This document shows, in pieces, positions 11,900 to 23,683 of a stretch of DNA of 64,000 bases (its first letter is position 1; every line of letters begins with the position of its first letter). The notes below the pieces were generated by a model. The model saw nothing but the letters and a program-made list of their open reading frames with translations. It searched no databases and was not told the origin of the DNA. Origin of the DNA: Lingula anatina (Eukaryota; Animalia; Brachiopoda); NCBI GenBank assembly GCA_051362555.1, contig CM120642.1:5208001-5272000 (forward strand), given 5' to 3'. Both the position numbers and the translations under genes were made by a program.

Positions 11900-12615
11900 C
11901 GTGTTTTTAACGTTGAATGGTGTAAAGGCAGGTGGCGTTAAATCTGAAAGCGTAAGAAGAAAGTTAATAATAAAATGAAATAAATGAAATGTTTTATTTC
12001 CCGACTTTAAGTCAATGAAAATAAAATATATTTAGTGAGCTAAACCAAAAGAGGCTTGGATTGGACTAAGTAAAGCTTCTCTTGAACATCGCCCTCTAGC
12101 GTCAAAGTCATTGTTGTATAATAACAAATCTACATGTGCGGAGGACGGCGTCATTTTCAAACCAAAGTGTTTACAGTAGCTTATACTTGTTGTGTTTTTT
12201 GTGGTAGGTTTACTGGTGCATATAGGTTTATCTAAAAGCTCTATGTAAATGGATTAACGGGACAAAAGTGAAGTCTAATAGTTATAGCTACCGGACGCGA
12301 AACACAGCACTGTTCAAACTGAATTGTGTAAATGTATTAACGGTATTGCTCTTTTCAACTTCAAGAAGCTTGGCTAATTTGCTCACGAAATACGCTGAAA
12401 ACTAACTGAAATGGTGTCGTGTTTTGGAGTGTAGTTGATAACGCCCGAATTCGCAAAGAAGCAAAGTATTAAATTTTAGTCTTACAGGTAGATAGCTACA
12501 ATTAACACAGCACGTACATTAAATTTCTTTAAATTTTCTTTGTCACAGGGACCACCTGTACAAGTGCATTTGTTGTGTATTCTAATTTCAGCTCACTTTC
12601 TTTTCAGATTACAAC

Positions 12616-15362
12616 ATGTCTTCATCTAGAACGCATAAGACTCTACACTGGTTCAGAAAGGGGTTACGTTTACATGACAATCCTGCACTATTAGCAGCTT
12701 GCACCAAAGACTGTGCTGAATTTCGTCCAATCTTTATCTTGGACCCTTGGTTTGTGAAAAATGCCAGAGTTGGAGTGAATAGGTGGAGGTTTCTGCTGCA
12801 GGCTTTGAAGGACTTGGATGACAGTCTGAAGAAATTGAATTCTAGGTATTAACTAAGAGATAAATTGAATTAATGCTTTTGCATGAAGAAGAAAGCACAA
12901 ATTGAACATGCTTGCACACACACAGACACACACATATGTAGCGTAAAACAATCTTGAGGAGGTAAACGTTAAGCATCATTACAGCACTGAGAGCTCTTGA
13001 TGTACAGCAGAGTTGTATTTTACAGTTATGTGCACCTAAATGCATATATTTCTTGTATAAGCTACCTATAGCTGTAGTACAGAGTACACATCAGAAAACT
13101 AAATAACAAACACAAATGTGGGATGGAGGGAATGAATTACCTTGAATATGTTTACAGTATGAAGTCACTCGGGTGTTATTATGTTTAAGCTATTACTGGT
13201 ATACTAGTCTGTATATGAAATGAAATGAAATATTTTATGGTTTCTTATGTCATTTTAAAAGTGCTTGTGAAGTTAAATATTTTGTTTTTCCCCCCAGGGT
13301 GTTTGTCTTAAAGGGAACGCCCCATGAAGTGTTTCCAAAGATATTTAAAGAGTGGGGTATAACTAGATTGACCTTTGAGGTTGACACAGAGCCATATGCC
13401 AGAGTGAGAGATGCAGAGATTATAAAGCTGGCTAAGGAACACAATGTTGAAGTTATACAGAAGATCTCTCATACCCTTTATGATACTGAAAAGTGAGTTC
13501 CACGAATTGACTTTCTTCTTTCAATTTTTTGTAATTATGTGAATTTCATCAGCTACAAGGCTTTAAATTTTTTATTACTTGTTGAAGGTCATGAAGGTTT
13601 TTTATTTGCTGGCAGTGTATTGATTTAAAAAAAAAAAAACACTCCTCTCATGAGAAAATATGCATAGTACTTTAAAATGCATGGATTAATGGATTTCAGA
13701 GTAACCTAGGTCAAATTTTCTTCATCAGGGGTCTTTATTATCCTGAATGTTAAGTATGAACTCCTACCTCATGTATATGTTTTTATTTATTTGTGAAGAA
13801 AGCCATGTTATTTGAAAACATTGTGTAAACATGAGACAAGGTGGGATAATTGTTTTAATTTTGTGAATTAGGAAAAGCAACTTTGTATTATTTTCAGAGT
13901 GATTGCTAGAAATGGAGGCAGTGCACCACTGACATATCAGAGGTTTCAGACTGTCCTGTCTCAGCTTGGAGCGCCACCTAGAACCGCAGAAACACTCACC
14001 TCCGAGCATTTAAAGGGTAAAACACACAATTTATAGACGAGATAGCTCACCCTCCCACAACTGGTCTCTCTCTCTCTCTCTCTCTCTCTCCACACCTGTG
14101 TATATGTTTCAGTTAATATTGTGTTGTGCCTGCCATTACAGACGTGTAAACAGTACTATAGGCTGTAATAATGTACATTGTTTTGATTCATTTAAAAGCA
14201 GTAGGCTTTGATATTTTATAATACTTAACATTAATATTAATATAACCTGCTAATCTGAATAAAACATTGCATATAGTTTAAATAAAATATATGATACATT
14301 TTTATTTAAATTATAATGATACATTCCTAATATTATATTATTACTGTCTATGAAGGGTGTATTACACCAGTCACGGCAGACCATGACCAGGAGTATGGTG
14401 TTCCAACTTTGAAGGACCTGAAAGTGGATACTGCTGACATGGGGGAGGTCGTGTTTCCTGGGGGAGAGACCGAGGCACTGAAAAGAATGGAACGATACCT
14501 GAAGAAATCTGTAAGTTCATGTTCAGGTCTGCTCTAGTTAATATTTTAGGTACTTGCCCTTAAATTAAATTTTTAATTCAAAACATGCAAATTAAAATTT
14601 TAATTCAAAACATGCAAGGAATTGTTTTTTTCAGAGATTTAAGCAGGACGTAGGAAAAACATGTTGATTGTAAAAAAATATGTAAAAGCCTCTGAAAATC
14701 CTGTAGTCACAGATGTTAGTGGACCATTATTGCTTGAATGCTTTTAATCACTACTTCTTAATTTACATTATTATGTTTACATTACTAAATTATTTTTATT
14801 ATATGATTTAATTACATGGCTGCTGTTTTCACACAATAGAACTGGATCTGTAATTTTGAGAAACCGAAGACAGAACCAAACTCTCTTGAACCAAGCACCA
14901 CAGTGTTGAGTCCATACCTGAAGTTCGGCTGCCTGTCAGCAAGGCTGTTCTGGCACAGACTGCAGGAGATCTACAAACAGTGTAAGGTAAGAAGGAAGAA
15001 ATTTTAAATCAAATTTTTTATTCATATAAGTAAGCTTCATGTTTCCAATTCATTAATAAAGAGCACCTTATAGTTAACCTCTCTCTTTTTTTTTTCCAGA
15101 AACATTCCCAACCCCCTGTGTCCCTACATGGTCAGTTACTGTGGAGAGAGTTCTTCTACACAGCTGGCCTGGGCGTGGCCAACTTTGACAGGATGGAGGG
15201 CAATCCTGTGTGTAGACAGATCCCCTGGGAAAATAAACCTGAATACATTGAGGCTTGGACACATGTGAGTAAATGACATGTGTGTATATATATATATATA
15301 TATCTATGTTTGTACATGCTGGAAAGATGCAATGACATTGATAGAGGAGACACATACAAAGT

Positions 15363-15416
<54 letters not shown>

Positions 15417-16830
15417 TCATACAGACAGTGAAAACAAACACTCACAGGCACATCCACACGCACACACACACACACAGAGTTAGATGTGATAAAACTATTG
15501 ATATTTGATCTATGCTGTAATTTATAGGCCAGAACAGGCTACCCCTTCATAGATGCCATAATGACTCAGCTGCGTCAGGAAGGCTGGATCCACCATCTTG
15601 CTCGTCATGCTGTGGCGTGTTTCCTCACTAGAGGCGATCTCTGGGTGTCTTGGGAAGAAGGACAGAAGGTAGGAGAAGAGAAGAATGTAATATTGAGATT
15701 GTAAGCCAGCAATTTCAAGTGTTCAACCTATCAACTCTTCTTATCTTCAGTTCATATAATTTATATGTTTATTAAAATTTACTGTGCAGAAGCATAACAT
15801 GACCGAAAGACTTGGCGTTCCATTGTCGTCAACGCTTAGACCAAACCAAGCACGGAATTTTTTCGATCAATTTAATATTTATTTATTTATTTATTATGTT
15901 TCAGGTGTTTGAAGAGTTGCTGTTGGATGCAGATTGGAGTTTGAATGCTGGCAACTGGCAGTGGTTATCAGCCAGTGCTTTCTTCCACCAGTATTTCAGA
16001 GTGTACAGCCCCATTGCATTTGGAAAGAAAACGGACCCACAAGGAGAATACATCAAGTAAGTTGTGGCAGTTTTAGACTGACAATTACTATATAAGATCA
16101 GTGTGAACATTTTTTATGAAGTTTCTAGACATGTAAAACATGTAGAAATTCTGGTTAATTTACATGAAAGCATAGAATGGCAGAAGGTTAAGAGCAAATT
16201 TGATGCTGGAACATAGATAACGGCCAAAAAAAAAAAATTGCAAGTTACTGCTTATATCTTGTTCTTAATGATGTAACTGTTGGTGAAAGCAGCTCTTTTT
16301 TACACAATTATTTGATATTTTACAGAAAATATTTACCCATGCTGAAAAAATTTCCGAAAGAGTACATCTATGAGCCGTGGAAAGCTCCCAGAGCCATGCA
16401 GGAAAAAGCAGGTTGCATCATTGGGAAGGATTATCCCAAACCCATTGTTGACCACGGGGAAATCAGTAAAGTGAACATTAAAAAGATGGCAGCTGCCTAT
16501 GCACTAAATAAAGATCAAAATGCCACGGAGAAGGGTAAACCTCTTTATTGATTTGTCATATGATTCACTTCAATTCATTTGTATTCTAGTCCAGTAAGTA
16601 TTTCACATGAAACATTGTTCCATGGGACCTGCCTTTTGAAAGCTAACATTTTTATTTGACAAAATGTGTTACAACTAGGAATTCAGAAAAATAAATTCAT
16701 TGAAAATTCACTGCAAATTTCAGGTACACCAAAGAAGCGTAAATCAGAAGCTGATGCCAATGAGAAGTCGAAAAGTAAAAAGCCAAAAAAAGGATCGTCG
16801 GAAAAAATAACAAACTTTTTAAAGAAATAA
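12616..16830 (+). CDS. phr6-4: (6-4) DNA photolyase, cryptochrome/photolyase family (~539 aa)
   Basis: Exons 12616-12845, 13298-13492, 13898-14016, 14356-14510, 14840-14986, 15100-15264, 15528-15668, 15905-16056, 16326-16534, 16724-16830 (1620 nt in frame). Motifs [79 protein letters not shown] (catalytic His), [38 protein letters not shown] (6-4 PHR type); short basic C-tail with PKKRK. Confidence 0.93.
15369..15476. repeat. (AG)n and (CA)n microsatellites in a photolyase intron
   Basis: Direct dinucleotide runs. Confidence 0.9.
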
Positions 16831-17239
16831 AATTAGTTTCATTCCGGAGAAAGGTTGTACATGTACCTCTAATATACTCTAGCATTTAGCGAGATGCAAT
16901 GCCTTTAATTCAACACCTATTTGTGGAATTGTAAAACGATAATGGGCAGCAATCATGATATATTCCTACATACTGACTATAAATCCTCTAAGAAACTGTA
17001 GATAACTTTGGACCGATACGAGACGCCTTCCATCATCAAGGTGTTTTGGCCTAAATTTTAAAATAGAGACCGACTCACTTTGGATGATAATAAAGAGGTA
17101 TAACAGTGAATTATATTCCAATATTATCAAGAATCGGAATGACATCCCTTTGTAGAATGTTCAAGAACAAAAAACGTTTTTGAGAATAAGGAGGCCTCCG
17201 TTATATCGAACATTTTCACATCTTTGTGACTTCGTAGAC

Positions 17240-17566
17240 CTAGACAAGGTGGGGAGTGCCCCAGCCTGGTTCAGTAGACGGTTTCTTCTGAGTAGATGTC
17301 GTTGTCTTCATCATTTGGACGAATTCTGTGAAAATGTAAGTAGATTCATTGAAAGAAAGTAATTTTTATGTGATAAGTAATAAAAATTCAAATCATCTGC
17401 AGGGATTTTGATTTTTCAAGCTGTTTGTATCTTGAAGGGTTTGTCATTAAATGAGTCGATGTTATATAGAAATTAAATGTCTTTGGAACCAAGACTTTAT
17501 AATATTTCCAGCAGAGGAAGATTTATTTAAAACACCAAGAAAAAAAACAGAATTATAAATCACTTC

Positions 17567-17604
<38 letters not shown>

Positions 17605-19056
17605 TCCTCACTTACCTTCATAATCAATGACACCGTCTTGTTTCGTATCTATCTTTGCCATGACGTCATCCGCGTCAAAGCCGACTATGCCCAGTTTGCT
17701 AGCGACGTATTTGATATCGTCCTTGCTGAGGCGCCCCGTGCCGCTGCTGTCCAGAACCCGGAACGCCTCCAGATACTCTTCCTCTTCTTTCCGTAGACTG
17801 GTATAACCGGAACAGTAATCAACGAAGGCTTGGAAACTGATACCGGAACCTGAAATAGAAGATTAATTTGTGTTTGATTTGGTGGCCCCATGTAATAACA
17901 ACAACAAAAAAAAAATTTTTGATTAAAAATCGAACTGAAAATGACCAAAGAGTTTTGAATCGAAAAAGAATTGTCAGTTACTGTGCTAGTTTTTTCTTAG
18001 TAATAATTACACTTGACTAAATGAATATACCCACCCCACTCCCACAACCCCGTAAAAACATAGAAATATATTCCCTACTTTCAACACTTATAGCATCTAT
18101 CATTTCCTGAAGTTCGTCATTGGTAGGTTTGAAGCCTCTTTTTGTCAAAATTGCCCACAGCTCCCGTTTTGCTATTTGTCCATTTCTTGAATTCCTATTG
18201 AAGTAGCTAAGGAAGCCTGAATAAGAAAATATGACTTAAATGCGTTCAAATCAACCAGAGATCCAATCCACAATAATAAGACTAGAGTTGGGTTTATTAC
18301 AGTTCCGTCTTTAAAAGGCTATGGTCCGCCAGAGAAAGCGTTTTGAATTTTTAGTTGTCCCATTTCATGAAAAACCTACGTAAAATTTAAAACCAAAGTA
18401 AAGCTTTTCTACTGCCGTACCGTAGTTTATAAAAAAAGAATGTGGAGCAACACTAGTTGATAGCTTACCCTGATATTGAGCCCCGGTCAGATTAAATAGC
18501 GGCTATAATAAAGAGAAATACGTGTCAAAACATCAAAGGCGGATACGGTAAGGAACAAAACGAGACAAACCGAGCAATTTTTACACCTCTGTGTTAAATT
18601 CTCCTTGTCTGCGTTCCAGAGAAACCGTAGATTCGCCAGTCAGTTAAAACCTAAAATAATATCTAGCCAGCGGGCGGATATATAAATCTACTATATGTAG
18701 GTACATAATCAAATAGCTTGAAAAGTATTAAAATGAATCGGAATGTTTTGACGCAGAATAAAAAAAAAAATATTGATAATTTAAGAATCGTATTTGCACA
18801 GTTGCACTAGACCATTAAGCGTTATATTAAGCGTCAAAATTGATTATGTTTAAACTAAAGAATTCCTTCGAAGTTGCAATAATAGTTTCTTCCAACCAAA
18901 AATACACACCCCGAAACATTGGAGCTGTTATTACACAAGACACTATTACTGTAACTTTCTGCGTAACATGGCTGGGAAACTATATGCCAGAATGTCTTCA
19001 AATTCAAAAGTGAAGCATTGAAAACTCACTTACAATTGGAGTTTTAAACTCACCAT
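17240..19056 (-). CDS. Divergent calmodulin-like EF-hand protein (~164 aa)
   Basis: Minus-strand exons 19054-19056 (ATG only), 18469-18502, 18079-18216, 17616-17849, 17240-17325 (495 nt). Protein MPLFNLTGAQYQGFLSYFNRNSRNGQIAKRELWAILTKRGFKPTNDELQEMIDAISVESSGISFQAF...EEYLEAFRVLDSSGTGRLSKDD...IDTKQDGVIDYEEFVQMM...HLV*; intron positions match those of animal calmodulin genes. Missed by the ORF track. Confidence 0.85.
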
Positions 19057-19164
19057 CTTTTTTGCGGATGACTACCGTTTGACCAGCTTCTTTACCTTAA
19101 CGTGGTGCACTATATCAGTCAAAGGGAGGGGGAAGACAGCAAATATAGCAAAATGACTTTTAAT

Positions 19165-19173
19165 TTATTATAT
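19165..19173 (-). promoter_or_regulatory. Candidate TATA box of the calmodulin-like gene
   Basis: TATATAA on the minus strand ~110 bp upstream of the ATG exon. Confidence 0.35.
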
Positions 19174-19987
19174 AAATTCACTCGAATATCGTTTGTTCTT
19201 GACAACCGAGGTGAAGAACGTTACATATTTCTTTTATAGAATTTTCAGTATCACTTAGATAAATGTAAAGAAAAGTCGCAAATTGTTTACGAAGTTATTT
19301 ATTTTCGCACTCTCCCTCTATCCACACGCAATGTACAGTGTCATCGTCGACCAGCATTAAGTCTCGAGCTGTGTGTTACCTGTGAGGAAGGTTCATTTAA
19401 TACCACACATTTGACCTGGCAGAACGTAACAAAAAGACACATGTTGCTTAAATTACAACAACGCATAAACCCTCGCATTAAATGTGAAATCCATCCATCT
19501 ATCTCTGTATCGGTGAAGCGTTTTTGAATAGAATGCCGGTTGATGCTCATTACTCAAACGCTATCACCAAGTTAACAGAAGTCAACTTGGTTGAAAAGAA
19601 TCAAGCTGTGTCGCTTTATATTTTGCTTCTTTTTCAATAACGACTTGCACAATAATAGCAAAAGCAGGATTTAATTGCGCCCCAAGAACATGAACGACAG
19701 TAAATTGGCCGTTGTTATGTGATCCTGTTTCAAGGTTTTGTTTAAAAAAAGATCAAATGCTTAGGTAAGAACATCAGTTTCGCTTCATTTAATATATTAT
19801 AGTGTACCTTGTATTACTAATATATTTTCCTTTAAATATTTCCACGTATTCACATACAGAGTGAACATTACGTTGAGCGCTTTTGATACTATTATTTGGT
19901 CACTTTATATCTCCCAAAACAAGTATCAATACCCGAACATATTGATGAAAGAAATGTATAGCAGTTTGATCCTTTTGGTTTGATGAG

Positions 19988-20054
<67 letters not shown>

Positions 20055-20292
20055 AAAGAGTACGCTTGGTTTTGTGTGTGCGAGTGTGAATGCATGAGTG
20101 TTTGCGTCTCTGTGTGTACATCTCTGTGCGTTTGTATGAACGTATGTTTGAAAGGGTAGGTATAGAAGTATGTGTTCCATTGTGTGCTTTGGGTTATGTT
20201 CGTGCTTACGACCTCACTTATATATTTCATGTATAGGCATATGCAAGATGCATATTGTATAGGGTCACACACACACACACACACACACACAC
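19988..20292. repeat. Compound (CT)n(GT)n(GA)n and (CA)n microsatellites
   Basis: Runs at ~19988-20052 and ~20266-20292. Confidence 0.9.
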
Positions 20293-21019
20293 GTGTATGC
20301 ATTGTTAGGGTGTCGCAGTTGCAAGGTTTTATCCATTTGTAACCATCATTATCTGACAAGAGAACACGGCATTGCGTGTCTGTGGGTTATGTATCTAACA
20401 GCGTAGTACAGGTTTATCAGAGTGTTAAATTTGTCACGGACTAGGCGTGTGACTTGATAGCGGGATGACATGCGACAAACATGGGGAAGAATTACACTGC
20501 GAACCAAACTGGCTCTGGAAGAATTGTTCAGAATAATGCTATGATCAGTTATTGACATTGACCAAAATACAGGTTAATAAACTTTATTTGTATTTACCAG
20601 TGAGCAAATTGAATGCAGAAAGATAACGTTTGAAATACATGCTAAGGGCCCACGGTATAATTCAGTTGACAGCCAGTATACAACGGGAAAGTAACTTCAT
20701 ATTAAGGAAGGAATTTTTGATGACCGAGAAAATCTGGCTTTGATATTTTATGACACAGCATTAATGTCTTAAAATGAAACATACCCGGTACTGAGGTCTT
20801 AAAGAGTTTTAAGTAAGCTTACACAATATATAATTGAAAATATATAATTGAAAAGAGATCAACTAGCTACCGGTTGTCACATAGTGAACGCCAACATCAA
20901 ACCAAAATTGGAAACCGTGATAAGATTATTAATACATGCTATCATATGACGCTCCTAAACTTGTGACTCCGTGATGAGCTGGTGAAACCCATTCAATTTA
21001 TGTCCAATTCACTGAGAGG

Positions 21020-23683
21020 ATGGGTCAACTTTCAGTCGCAACGCTAGTCTCATGGCTGCTGATTTCCATTGCCTTGAAGGAAATCAACGCGTTGCCCAAG
21101 GGGTGCTCGCAATTAGAATGGGTAGACTCACCGAGTGTTCAATGTACCGAAGCAATCTCTTCAGCCGATCTACACCAAATCCCAGCCGACGTTACGAGCC
21201 TCTCAATCACAAAACTTTCAGATGATGCCGGATTTGAAGGCATGACCGCTTTCAACAGGTTCTCCAAGCTTACCCATTTGGAGATTTATGAAGGCAATGT
21301 GAAAGAGATCATTTCTGGAGCGTTCTATGACATGCGCTCGTTGGATAGTTTAACCCTCGGGATGATGCACATTTCGAAAGTAGTTGATGGTGCTTTCCGG
21401 GGCCTGTCCAACTTGAAGCGTTTGACCATCTCCCAAAACAGCTTTGAAGTGACGTCAAGTTTGTTTCAGGTAAAGTAGACGGTAAAAAGATTTAGATAGA
21501 TGTTCTGGGGCAATGAATCCTCAGAACATGTTATAACAGTACGTGTGATAAATATAGGAACATTCAACATTCACTTAAGTATGAAAAAGTATAACTTTTC
21601 ATCGTCCAAATCAGTCGAGCCTTACATCTGATCAAACATGATAAGGTCCCTACTATCTGAAAATCGCCTCATTTTATTTTTTACTGGATATATGATATAT
21701 TTTATCTTTTTTTATCTGACGGTTACAGTGTTTCTGCTATATGTATACAGTACAAGGGTACCATAATGGAACCTTAAAATATATGAACAACATATTTATC
21801 TACATGGATGATCAAATTTAGAGAAAATATAGACGATACTGTATTTTAGTGGTAGGCCTAATTGTTTGTTTCAGGATTTAATCAAACTTGAAATTTACTT
21901 GTTGGAAAATAAGATGAAGCAAATTATATCTTAAATCTAGCTCTTTTCGTAACTCTAAAGATCTCGGCAACCTATGGTTCTTTTTCATATAAAATTTAAT
22001 GAGGTAAACTAACGGTAGCGCTTATTCTCACTTTTCATTTTGTCAAGCCAATGAAACCGTACACTTATCTGTTACTTTTAGGATCTCGTCAAGCTTGAAT
22101 TGCTTTACTTGATGGAGAACGATATTAAGCAACTCCCAGGGGATGCCCTCCGATCCCTAAAACAGCTAGATACCCTAAACCTACACGGAAACGCTCTTAA
22201 AGACATTTCACCAGACGTCTTGCGCGGCTTGACCAATCTCAAGTATTTAGAACTCGCTACAAACAAGCTGACTAGCATTCCGGCCGGACTTTTTCAAGAT
22301 CTTTCACAACTGCATATCTTGACACTTTTTCATAACGATTTGTCTAATTTACCCCAGAACATTTTTGCCGGATTGCGGAGACTGAGAATTTTAGATTTGA
22401 ATTCAAATAAACTGACTTCAATCCCATCTTCCATGTTCAGCGGCCTGCTGAATCTCGCGGAAATTCGTCTCCATAACAACAGCCTGACGTCACTTCCGGA
22501 GGATGCATTCCACGGTGCATTCCATGGATTGCCAAGTTTGATGCTGGTCAATTTACAAGGAAACCAACTTAAAACTTTGCCAGACGAAATCTTTAAAACT
22601 CTCCCCGAGTTTTCAACTCTCTATGTAAATGATAATCAGTTCACCGACCTCGGATTCGTGCAAAATATCGCCAAACTCACAACTCTAGACATTTCAAATA
22701 ATCCGTTGACAAAGCAAGGACTTTTGAAACTCTCTAATCAGAAGAAATTAAAGTTCTTAACCATGAACAAGATCGGTTTTCAGCTAACCAAGGACATATT
22801 TCAAGCTTTTAAGTCTACCTCCATCGAACATTGGGACGTTGGTGATAACAATATAGGCAAAATAGAGAGCGAAACCTTCACGGGGTTTGAAAGTCTACGA
22901 GAACTCAAAATGTATCGCACCCGGCTCACGTACGTCAGTCCAACAGCCTTCAAAGATTGCAAGTCGCTGCTCTATGTAGATCTCTCTGAAAACAATATCC
23001 AGTATGTCGCCCCCGACTTCGGGAAACTGAGCACGGTGGTACTCCACGGAAACCCGTTACACTGCAACTGCCGCCTGGCCTGGCTGAAGGACCATCTGAA
23101 TCCCAGTGACATCGCAACTTGTGCCAGCCCGGAGAACCTAAGCGGCCTTGAGATCACGTCCTTGCTCGCCGAGAACATGACTTGCTGGACACCAAAAGTT
23201 AACTCCTTCTCCGTTTCGGCCAACGGTCAAGCCGTTTGTAAAGTCTGTGGAGACCCTACACCGCAAATTATCATTGAAGATGCAGATGGCAAACAATCAA
23301 CGTTTGGCCCATCAACCAACCTATCCTACACTTCGGTTGTGGCTAGTGTATCCTTAAAGGATCGTGCCGCCGGCAGATACGTCTGCAAAGCTCTTAATTC
23401 AGCCCCTAAAAGCAATGGTCCAGTGACTCTTGCCCTTATGGTATCAGAAAAGGACATTGAGGCAGCAGGTCAAATATCCGCGGGCTCTAGTGCGGCTACC
23501 ATTGGTGTATACGTTGCTCTGGTCGTGATATTAGTTATTTTAGTTGGCACAATATTGTTTTTAACCCATGGGCAGATTATATCTAAAATCAACAGCATTC
23601 GATCTGCGAATTCAAATACGGCGGAAATGACTATGAACAATCCCCTAGCCGAAAGGGGTGAGGCAACTGGCAGTACGTACTAA
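21020..23683 (+). CDS. LRR + Ig + transmembrane cell-surface protein, LIG/LRRN-like (~683 aa)
   Basis: Exon 1 21020-21469 (signal peptide, LRRNT LPKGC..VQC, first LRRs); exon 2 22082-23683 (many LxxLxLxxNxL repeats, LRRCT GNPLHCNCRLAWL..ATCASP, Ig-like CKVCGDPTP..AGRYVCKALN, TM IGVYVALVVILVILVGTILFL, short tail with no TIR domain). Confidence 0.9.
21875..21975 (+). other. Degenerate duplicate of the start of LRR exon 2 (candidate alternative terminal exon)
   Basis: TTTGTTTCAG acceptor ending at 21874, then in-frame DLIKLEIYLLENKMKQIIS* (stop 21932-21934), paralogous to the real exon 2 start DLVKLELLYLMENDIKQL. Confidence 0.65.

Noticed and set aside
12100-12600. Light-responsive D-box/E-box cluster in the photolyase promoter
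   Set aside because: No clear TTAYGTAA or CACGTG match seen in this interval.
15074-15508. ORFs with [16 protein letters not shown] runs (also 19892-20359, 27667-27963, 32599-33169, 49378-49605)
   Set aside because: Microsatellite translations; only the small true exons inside them are coding.
12616-16830. Circadian cryptochrome (CRY1/CRY2) assignment
   Set aside because: [19 protein letters not shown], the [14 protein letters not shown] region and the short basic tail fit (6-4) photolyase better than animal CRY types.
18310-18430. Possible Kolobok-type transposon end (TTAAAAGG...)
   Set aside because: No matching opposite TIR found.
22330-23223. Antisense or overlapping ORFs within real CDSs (also 30496-31675, 36374-36715, 51404-51963)
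   Set aside because: Shadow frames of GC-richer coding sequence with no independent motifs.
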